DNA of 64,000 nucleotides from NCBI RefSeq assembly GCF_053078305.1, contig NZ_CP166879.1; one strand, 5' to 3'. Shown piece by piece: positions 47,930 to 55,275 of this stretch (position 1 is its first letter; each line of letters starts with the position of its first letter). The notes under the pieces were generated by a model. It saw only the letters and a program-made list of their open reading frames with translations, ran no database searches and was not told where the DNA came from. The position numbers and the translations under genes were made by a program.

Positions 47930-48130
47930 TTAATTTCCTTTATTCGTTCTCAGAGCATCAACATACTCGTAAGCCTTTTCACAGGTTTTATTCATGGAAC
48001 GAATCAGACAAAGTAAGAAATCATCTGTCTCTCCGTTATCACCAGAGTTTTTAAATATAAACTCAAGCATTGACGTGTTTTCTTTTATTTCTGCTGCCAC
48101 TTCCTCAAGCATAATCAGGGGAGTTTTCAT
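47930..48130 (-). CDS. small hypothetical phage protein (66 aa)
   Basis: Paralog-like to the 47158..47352 product. Confidence 0.4.
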   Translation of the reverse strand: MKTPLIMLEEVAAEIKENTSMLEFIFKNSGDNGETDDFLLCLIRSMNKTCEKAYEYVDALRTNKGN

Positions 48131-48318
48131 GTTCTTTGTTCCTTAAATGCATCGCATGCGCTTCTGGCGTATTGTTGTGCCAGTAAAAAGATGTCATCCG
48201 AAAGTTCATCACATTCTTCATCACCGGAAGCCGAAATGATTAACCCCGCTTCAAGCAGTACTGCAATGTGATGAAAAGCTGTTTCCGGTTCGTTGGTGAG
48301 GCCTTTGAACATTTTCAT
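48127..48318 (-). CDS. small hypothetical phage protein
   Basis: ORF 48127..48381; internal ATG at 48318 (MKMFKGLTNEPETAFHH...) avoids overlap with the HTH gene. Confidence 0.35.
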   Translation of the reverse strand: MKMFKGLTNEPETAFHHIAVLLEAGLIISASGDEECDELSDDIFLLAQQYARSACDAFKEQRT

Positions 48319-48319
48319 C

Positions 48320-48730
48320 TTACGATTCCTTTGTAGTGTCAGAATGGAAACCTGTAAGTAACCACATCGGATCGCAGTCAAGTATATTTGCCAGAGGAAT
48401 CACCTGGCTTGCCAGAGGTTCAGCCTTGCCGTTCTCCCACTGGATGATGGTTTCTTCATCAACTCCAAGCAGCGTGGCGAGTTCAGCGGTGGATAGACCG
48501 CAGCTTTCGCGTTGGGTGCGGATCTCATGGGGGCAATCAGAAATGTTTTGTTTATGAATTAACAAAGATAATGTGTGAGATACTTTGTTTATTATATCCC
48601 ACGCCATTCCGGCGCATGACTCGATATCATTGGCAAGAGTTGTATCTGGCGCTGCTTTTGCGATAAGAGCAATGAGGGAGCCAAGATTTTTTAAATCTTC
48701 AATGCATGATAGCGTAGTTTTTTGGAACAT
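48320..48730 (-). CDS. XRE-family HTH protein, first gene of the leftward early operon
   Basis: C-terminal HTH (GLSTAELATLLGVDEETIIQWENGKAEPLASQVIPLANILDCDPMWLL). Start codon uncertain. Confidence 0.55.
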   Translation of the reverse strand: MFQKTTLSCIEDLKNLGSLIALIAKAAPDTTLANDIESCAGMAWDIINKVSHTLSLLIHKQNISDCPHEIRTQRESCGLSTAELATLLGVDEETIIQWENGKAEPLASQVIPLANILDCDPMWLLTGFHSDTTKES

Positions 48731-48815
48731 ATTAATGATACCTCAGTTACTTTTTTAGTATGGTAACTAAAGTATCATTCATGGGCAAGCGTTTTTTGAT
48801 ACTAAAGTATCTTTC
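48731..48815. promoter_or_regulatory. candidate OL/PL operator-promoter region
   Basis: Copies of the inverted-repeat motif GATACT-NN-AGTATC (ggtaactaaagtatca; gatactaaagtatc), also seen in the cI-cro gap. Confidence 0.5.
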
Positions 48816-49472
48816 TTAGAAAATATCCCATCGGGCATCCACGATCACGCCGACGATTTCACAATCATCATCTATTTCAATGATGGGATACTGAGGATTG
48901 AGTGGTTTCAGGAAAGATCTTCCCATTTCAGTCACATATTTTTTGAATGTTGCTTCGTTGGTTGATTTTTTTCTTGCGATAACGTAACAGCCTGAATGTA
49001 CAGCTTTGTCTGGGTTTACGAGAATAGACATACCCTCAGGAAAGGTGATTCCAACAGGCGAGGTCATTGAATCACCATGTACTTCAAGCCAAAAACCTCT
49101 TTCACCTGCATATTTGACAGAATGTCTCCAGTTATCATGGTCATACATGCTGTAATCATCTCCAGCAGTAGAGAATAGTCCGGCCTGGACCCAGTTAATA
49201 ACGGGATAGGAATGAAATGCGTCTTTTTGAGGACAACTCTTAACATTGTTTTCCCAGTTTACAGATTGTTCTTCTCCATTTTGTAGCCATTGTGGAGTGC
49301 AGTTTAGGGCTGTGGCTACCTTGAATAAAGTATCTCCGTTGAAGCTTTTAGTAAGTCCTTGCTCTGCTTTGCTTATAGCCACGCGGGTTATACCGGCTTT
49401 TTTTGCTAATGCATCTTGTGTCAATCCTGCCCGTTGCCTGGCGCTGCTAAGGCGCTCTCCCAAAGTTCTCAT
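48816..49472 (-). CDS. CI-like prophage repressor (HTH plus S24 LexA-type autopeptidase)
   Basis: ORF 48816..49514; ATG at 49472 with an AGGAGA RBS. N-terminal HTH (LTQDALAKKAGITRVAISKAEQG), C-terminal GDSM...K peptidase motif. Confidence 0.85.
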   Translation of the reverse strand: MRTLGERLSSARQRAGLTQDALAKKAGITRVAISKAEQGLTKSFNGDTLFKVATALNCTPQWLQNGEEQSVNWENNVKSCPQKDAFHSYPVINWVQAGLFSTAGDDYSMYDHDNWRHSVKYAGERGFWLEVHGDSMTSPVGITFPEGMSILVNPDKAVHSGCYVIARKKSTNEATFKKYVTEMGRSFLKPLNPQYPIIEIDDDCEIVGVIVDARWDIF

Positions 49473-49582
49473 TTTATCTCTCCTGTTTTTTCGGTCGATA
49501 CTAAAGTAGCACATATTCTTGATACTTTAGATTCATTTGTTGTACATTTATGGACGCTAAAGTATCAATCAGTGAGTGAGAG
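49473..49582. promoter_or_regulatory. candidate OR/PR/PRM immunity switch
   Basis: Three copies of the GATACT-NN-AGTATC-like half-site palindrome in the 110-bp divergent cI/cro gap. Confidence 0.6.
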
Positions 49583-49792
49583 ATGACTCTTTACGAAATT
49601 TTAAAAGCTGAGTTTAAAACCAATGCTGCAATTGGTCGCCGTTTCCCTAAGAGAGGAAAACCTAGAGGTAGTCAGGGCGTTGGAAAGTGGAAAACCCGAG
49701 GTGTGCCGGAAGATGTGGCGATCCTTTGTCATCTGGATCCCAAAATTCCTTATCAGCATCCGTCGCTCATGAATGCCAGTCATGAATCGTGA
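49583..49792 (+). CDS. Cro-like small regulator
   Basis: 69-aa ORF divergent from cI at the standard cro position. Confidence 0.5.
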   Translation: MTLYEILKAEFKTNAAIGRRFPKRGKPRGSQGVGKWKTRGVPEDVAILCHLDPKIPYQHPSLMNASHES

Positions 49793-49810
49793 TGTTCTGC
49801 CGGAGGCTGT

Positions 49811-50104
49811 ATGTCCCCTGATTACGTTCAGATGGAGATGCCTGCCAGGTACAGCCAGGCAGATTCAGAGTGGATTAAGCGGCAGTTACAGAGCCTGCCT
49901 TCCTCACTGAGACAGAAGGTCGCCCTGAAATACGCGGAGGTTTACGAAGTTACTTTTGATTCCGAGCCTGTTTCATTCCGTAAGGAGAACAGAGCGAGGC
50001 ATGAAGCCAATGTACGGCTGCGCAGGTTCGTTGAAACACACGGGCGTGCATTACAGGGGTATACGACTCAGCCGCCCCTGGCAGGAACGCAACAGCGTAC
50101 CTGA
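49811..50104 (+). CDS. hypothetical protein in the cII position
   Basis: 97-aa ORF immediately after the cro-like gene; function not recognisable. Confidence 0.45.
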   Translation: MSPDYVQMEMPARYSQADSEWIKRQLQSLPSSLRQKVALKYAEVYEVTFDSEPVSFRKENRARHEANVRLRRFVETHGRALQGYTTQPPLAGTQQRT

Positions 50105-50347
50105 ATGGTGTTGGTCTTAAAGGTGACCGACGGGCTGAGACCCCACTTCTCAGGATGCACCTGTGTACTACCAAGCTAGTACATAAGTTGAGAGGGGGGT
50201 AAGGGGGGGAGTGCCCGTGTGTTAGTGCGAAGCACTGGAACGGGATCTTCCAACAGACGGGTACAGAGGTTAGGTAGATCTCGATCTAAAGGGGGGCACC
50301 CCTGAAAAAACGGCTGCATCAGCAAACTAGTACATCATGGTTAAAAT

Positions 50348-50716
50348 ATGAGTGCTGAACTGAAACTGGTACTAATCAACCTTCTGGAAGAGGAATTCGG
50401 ACATGGAATGGACAAGGTCACATTCGACTACGTTCTGCAAAAGAAAATCAAATCCCTGGGCTGTGAGTTGCAACGCTGTTTCACTGTCAGGCTGAAAGGT
50501 GATCGCAAGGGATTTATCGATCTTCTGGTTATTTCTCCCGATGGTCAGCGTTGCGCAGTTGAGGTGGATAACCGATCGCCTCGTCAGCGTTCACTGATGA
50601 AAATTCGAGCGCTTCCTGAAGGCATTTCGGGATTTGTTTTTCTCCGTGATGGCAAACATCCACAGCGTTATATCGCCGATGGTGTGGATGTCATCCGGGC
50701 GACCCGGTTTAAGTAA
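50348..50716 (+). CDS. hypothetical phage protein (122 aa)
   Basis: ORF preceding the helicase gene. Confidence 0.45.
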   Translation: MSAELKLVLINLLEEEFGHGMDKVTFDYVLQKKIKSLGCELQRCFTVRLKGDRKGFIDLLVISPDGQRCAVEVDNRSPRQRSLMKIRALPEGISGFVFLRDGKHPQRYIADGVDVIRATRFK

Positions 50717-50749
50717 TCACTGTATCAGCCCTGTCATCGGGAGAATACC

Positions 50750-52408
50750 ATGCTGAATATCAAGCCGAATTTTGCTCAGGAACGTGCGCTGAATATGTTG
50801 CGTCATGACTGGAAAACATATCAGTCCTTCATGATGTACATGCCTACAGGGAGTGGTAAAACCGGCCTGGCGGCGTTCATCACTGCTGGTCTGGTAAGCC
50901 GTGGCATGCGCGTTCTGTTTGTCGTTCCTTATACCATTTTGATCAACCAGACAGCACAGCGCTTTGTTCAGTACGGGCTTTCCGGGGATGAAATCAGCTT
51001 TATCTGGCGTGATCATCCCAATAACGACCCGTCACGACTGATTCAGATTGCCAGTGCGGATACGCTGATTCGCCGTGATTTTCCTCAGAATATCGACCTG
51101 CTGATTATTGATGAAGCGCATCTCCGTAAGCGCCGCATCCTCACGGAAATCGAACGACTGGTTGCAGAGGGAAATGTGAAGGTGATTGGGTTGTCCGGTA
51201 CACCCTTTTCATCGTTCCTGGGGCGTTATTACCAGCGTCTTCTCAAGCCGACCACTATAGGGGAACTGATCCAGCGTGGCGAACTGAGCAATTACGAATT
51301 TTATGCGCCCACGAAACCGGATCTGGAAGGTGTAAAAACGAAAGTCTCAATGGAGTACGGCAGGGATTACGACGAATCACAACTGGCAGAGATTATGTGC
51401 GGCGCGGATCTGGTTGGCGATATTGTCGATAACTGGCTGTGTAACGGAAGGGATTTACCGACAGTGGCGTTCTGCGTCAATAAAACGCATGCCAGCTTCG
51501 TGACCATGCAGTTCAACAAAGCCGGAATTAACGCAGAGGTGATGGTTGCTGAAACGCCACATGATGAGCGTCAGTTAATGATCAGTCGTTTTGAAACGGG
51601 AGCGACGAAAATCATTGTCAGCGTTGGCGTTCTGGTGGCGGGATTTGACAGTGATGTCCGGTGCATCATTTACGCACGCCCGACAAAATCAGAGATTCGC
51701 TGGCTTCAGGCGATTGGGAGAGGATTGCGTACAGCGCCAGGAAAGGAGTCATGCCTGATTTTCGACCATTCCGGTACGGTTCATCGCCTGGGATTTCCTG
51801 AAAATATTGAGTATGACGAACTGCCCGGCAAAAACGACGGGATGCAGGTGTCATCATCACGTGGTAACGAAATTCGGGAAGAAAAACTGCCGAAAGAATG
51901 TCCGGGGTGTCATTTCATGAAACCGGCAGGTGTTTATGTCTGTCCGAAATGCGGATTTAAACCGCTGGCTGGTGAGGATGTGAACACAGATACCCGCCGC
52001 AATATCAGGAAACTCAGCAAGGACGAAAAAATTTACACCAAAAGCGACAAACAGGCCTGGTGGAGTCAGATCAAATTCTATCAGCGTCAGCGTGCCTCTC
52101 TGGGGCGACCGGTCAGCGATGGATGGTGCGCTCACACTTTCCGGGAGAAGTTCGGCGAATGGCCTGACGGGCTGAGCAGTTTTCCGATGGAAATCACCCC
52201 GGAGGTCAGTAATTACATCAGACACAAATTCATCCGGTTTGCCAGAGGGCGTAGCCGGGCAGAGAAGATGACGGAAAAATCCCCCGAAGCGCTTTCTCTG
52301 TCCCTGCTTCATGGTGTCCGGTCTGGGGTGCCGGAAGGCAGTGAGTCGTGGCAGATCATGCAGGCAAAGCAACAACTTCAGAAAAACAGAAACAGTCTGA
52401 GTCAGTAA
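50750..52408 (+). CDS. phage replicative SF2 helicase (DEAH box, C-terminal zinc ribbon)
   Basis: Walker A MPTGSGKTG, DEAH (LLIIDEAHL), SAT-like motif, zinc ribbon CPGCHFMKPAGVYVCPKCG. RBS gggaga. Confidence 0.8.
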   Translation: MLNIKPNFAQERALNMLRHDWKTYQSFMMYMPTGSGKTGLAAFITAGLVSRGMRVLFVVPYTILINQTAQRFVQYGLSGDEISFIWRDHPNNDPSRLIQIASADTLIRRDFPQNIDLLIIDEAHLRKRRILTEIERLVAEGNVKVIGLSGTPFSSFLGRYYQRLLKPTTIGELIQRGELSNYEFYAPTKPDLEGVKTKVSMEYGRDYDESQLAEIMCGADLVGDIVDNWLCNGRDLPTVAFCVNKTHASFVTMQFNKAGINAEVMVAETPHDERQLMISRFETGATKIIVSVGVLVAGFDSDVRCIIYARPTKSEIRWLQAIGRGLRTAPGKESCLIFDHSGTVHRLGFPENIEYDELPGKNDGMQVSSSRGNEIREEKLPKECPGCHFMKPAGVYVCPKCGFKPLAGEDVNTDTRRNIRKLSKDEKIYTKSDKQAWWSQIKFYQRQRASLGRPVSDGWCAHTFREKFGEWPDGLSSFPMEITPEVSNYIRHKFIRFARGRSRAEKMTEKSPEALSLSLLHGVRSGVPEGSESWQIMQAKQQLQKNRNSLSQ

Positions 52409-52409
52409 G

Positions 52410-53378
52410 ATGAAAACAGCAGAAGCAGCGAAAGGCCACTGGCCTGAAATTTTAAAACATTACGGACTGCCGCCAGTCACGGGTAAAAAGCACTTCAAAG
52501 GGGAATGTCCGGTTTGTGGTGCCAGAGGTAAGTTCCGTATTGATGACCGTGATGGCACCGGAACGTGGATCTGTGTTTGTGGTAGCGGTGACGGCATGAA
52601 ACTGATCGCTCTGACACAAAAAAGAGCGTTTCATGAAATTTGCGCTGAAATAGACCGCATCACGGGGAATGAATACCGGAGAGATAAACCGCCTGTGATC
52701 TGTACGTCGGAAAGCCTGAGATCGCGCGTTCAGCGTCGATTTTCAGCGCTCACGGCGCTACAGGGAACATCTGGTGCTGAATATCTTCGTTCCCGTGGCA
52801 TATTCAGTCTTCCGGTTGAGGGAGTTCGCTTCAACAGCCAGCAAAATTATAACGGGCGCATGTTCCAGTCTCTTTATGCCCTGGCGACCGATGACAAGGG
52901 AGAACTGTGTTACCTGCATCAGACATTGCTTGATGGAGCTAAAAAAGCAGACATTGGTATCAGCGCCAGAAGGCTCAAATCTTTACAGGACGATAACTAT
53001 CTGGACCATGCCCGGTCAGTTGCTATCAGGATGTTTCCGGTAGCCAGTACACTGGGTATAGCTGAAGGTATCGAAACCGCGTTGTCCGCACATCAGATTT
53101 ACAAAGTAAATACCTGGGCAACCATTAACAGTGGTTTTATGAAAAAGTTCCGCGTACCGGCGGGAGTCACCCATCTGATTATTTTTGCCGATCGCGATGA
53201 ATACAGTGCTACCGGAATGGCTGCGGCCTGTGAATGCGCACATGCAAATCTCCAGGCCCGAAATGACATTCAGCGGGTAAGTGTCCGGTGGCCTGATCAT
53301 GATGATTTCAACAATATGCTCATGAACGGCGATCAGGTTCGGGAACTGGTTTTTTACAGAAAAAAGGCGGTTGCGTGA
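52410..53378 (+). CDS. DNA primase-like protein (zinc-binding motif plus Toprim-like region)
   Basis: CPVCGARGKFRIDDRDGTGTWICVCG zinc motif; acidic ADRDEYSATG (Toprim-like). Translationally coupled to the helicase gene. Confidence 0.6.
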   Translation: MKTAEAAKGHWPEILKHYGLPPVTGKKHFKGECPVCGARGKFRIDDRDGTGTWICVCGSGDGMKLIALTQKRAFHEICAEIDRITGNEYRRDKPPVICTSESLRSRVQRRFSALTALQGTSGAEYLRSRGIFSLPVEGVRFNSQQNYNGRMFQSLYALATDDKGELCYLHQTLLDGAKKADIGISARRLKSLQDDNYLDHARSVAIRMFPVASTLGIAEGIETALSAHQIYKVNTWATINSGFMKKFRVPAGVTHLIIFADRDEYSATGMAAACECAHANLQARNDIQRVSVRWPDHDDFNNMLMNGDQVRELVFYRKKAVA

Positions 53379-54241
53379 TGCGTACGGACAATCAGGTACA
53401 TAAAGCTTTATTCACTATCCCGGCGGCAGCGTACAGCGCCGTTCCGGCAAATATCAAACCTCTGCCAGAACAAAGGAGGATCACCGGACATAAACAGACT
53501 GATGCTTATCTCTGGATTCTGGAGGTTATTCACCTGAACGAGGCCGTACATCTGGACGCAGCCGAAGCAGCACTGGAGAAACTCAAAATAACGCCGGAAG
53601 AAGCGAGTGAACGGTATGGACGTTATTTGCAGGAGATTAATGTTGATCCTTTCCAGATTGCTTTCGCAACCATAGGCATGGATAACCCGGCGCAGGCGAT
53701 CAGGAATGCCCGTGAGAATATCAAAAAAGCCGCATCAGTCAGGGCCACATTTGGCAGCTATGAGGCAGCACTCGACGATGTGGAGGCTGAGCGGATAATT
53801 CGCACCTCCCCGAAATTTATCGACGATTACTACTGGGGCTGGACTGCGGCAGAGAAAAAAGCCGGAAGTATTGACGGTGTTCGCTCAAATGAAATTGATG
53901 ATCAGCGTCGTGCATATGTTGATGGCTATCGTGATGTACTGCCAGAGCCTCATACATTGTCAGACGTTGTTCGTGAGTTTATTTACTGGGACTGGCTTTA
54001 TGAGATGCGCCAGACAGCGGGGAGAGAAACAGGGGACAAATACGGTTTCACAGGTGAACATCATGAGTCAGTATATGATCGGCAGTTCTGGCTCGAAAAT
54101 TTGCTGGGAAAAATAAAGCCTGTGACGCGTGATGAAGCGGTTGAAGTGTGTCGCTGGTTTCTGGCAAGCGGAAAAGATGAGTACATGGAAGACAATGGTT
54201 CAGCGGTCATTCTCAATCTGGTTGGGGAGTGTGAGCAATGA
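53378..54241 (+). CDS. hypothetical phage protein (about 287 aa)
   Basis: ORF 53375..54241; ATG at 53378 overlaps the primase stop (TGATG). Confidence 0.5.
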   Translation: MRTDNQVHKALFTIPAAAYSAVPANIKPLPEQRRITGHKQTDAYLWILEVIHLNEAVHLDAAEAALEKLKITPEEASERYGRYLQEINVDPFQIAFATIGMDNPAQAIRNARENIKKAASVRATFGSYEAALDDVEAERIIRTSPKFIDDYYWGWTAAEKKAGSIDGVRSNEIDDQRRAYVDGYRDVLPEPHTLSDVVREFIYWDWLYEMRQTAGRETGDKYGFTGEHHESVYDRQFWLENLLGKIKPVTRDEAVEVCRWFLASGKDEYMEDNGSAVILNLVGECEQ

Positions 54242-54319
54242 AGCCGGAGATATCCAGTAGACATTTTCCCCCTGAGCATTCAAATCAGAAAAAGTATGGT
54301 TACAGCGGAGTACAGAATA

Positions 54320-54745
54320 ATGCGTGATATCCAACAGGTTCTGTCCCGATGGGGTGCATGGGTGGTAAATAATCATGAGAGTGTGGCATGGTCCGGCGTC
54401 GCTGCCGGATTTAAGGGAGTGATCCCATCAAAGGTTAAATCACGGCCTCAGTGTACCGATGATGATGCGCTGATTATCAGCAATTGCATGGCGCAACTGA
54501 ACGTCAACAACAGCGATTTGCATGATTTTCTGTATGATTATTATGTGTTCGGGATGACGCTTATGGGACTGGGCCGTAAGCATGAGCGCTCTGATTGCTG
54601 GGCCGGGCGGGTACTGCAAAAAGCTGAAGGTGTTATTGAGGGGATGTTGATTATGCAGGGAATAAAACTGGAAATGGACAGATACGTTGAGCGTGAACGA
54701 TCAGGGGCACAGGTCAGTCAGTTTTCCGGACATACGGGAAATTGA
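54320..54745 (+). CDS. late-gene antiterminator Q (phage 82/21-type Q family)
   Basis: ORF 54296..54745; ATG at 54320 ([50 protein letters not shown]...) matches the conserved Q N-terminus as I remember it. Confidence 0.75.
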   Translation: MRDIQQVLSRWGAWVVNNHESVAWSGVAAGFKGVIPSKVKSRPQCTDDDALIISNCMAQLNVNNSDLHDFLYDYYVFGMTLMGLGRKHERSDCWAGRVLQKAEGVIEGMLIMQGIKLEMDRYVERERSGAQVSQFSGHTGN

Positions 54746-54887
54746 AAGCGCGGGGTTTTACTGTAGAATGACTGCGGGTGCTTGAGGGGGTCTGCCTCGG
54801 GCATGCTGCCGTAAGGCAGACGGAGAAAAGCCCCAGTTAACATTACGTGTCCTGCAAGACGCTTAACATTAATCTGAGGCCCAATCT

Positions 54888-55094
54888 ATGTCACACAACC
54901 GTAGGTTAGCCTCTTACGTGCCGGAAGGCAAGGAGAAGCAGTCTATGAAGCAGCAAAAGGCGATGTTAATTCGCCCTGATCGTCATCTGTTTAACCGTCA
55001 TAGTGACGGCACTGGTAACGAGGAAAGACCTCTGCGAGGTACGGATCCGAACCGGCCAGACGGAGGTCGCTGTCTTCGTAGACTACGAATCTGA
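54888..55094 (+). CDS. small arginine-rich hypothetical ORF
   Basis: 68-aa ORF downstream of Q with a weak RBS; may be non-coding pR'/tR' leader. Confidence 0.2.
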   Translation: MSHNRRLASYVPEGKEKQSMKQQKAMLIRPDRHLFNRHSDGTGNEERPLRGTDPNRPDGGRCLRRLRI

Positions 55095-55275
55095 GAAGTA
55101 AGAGACCAGGCGGGGGAGTAATCTCCCGCCACCTCTGATGTGTCAGGCATCCTCAACGCACCCGTACTTTATTTGTCATATGCTCCGCAAAATGCAGGTT
55201 GTCGTTGCAACCCGTGCGGTAATTTTTTGTGTGCGAGTGCTCAAAAAACGTTGATTTTCATAAAAGGATAATTTT

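Noticed and set aside
54746-55275. tRNA genes downstream of Q, as in Stx phages
   Set aside because: No T-arm or anticodon-arm-like cloverleaf could be recognised by eye; treated as absent pending tRNAscan.
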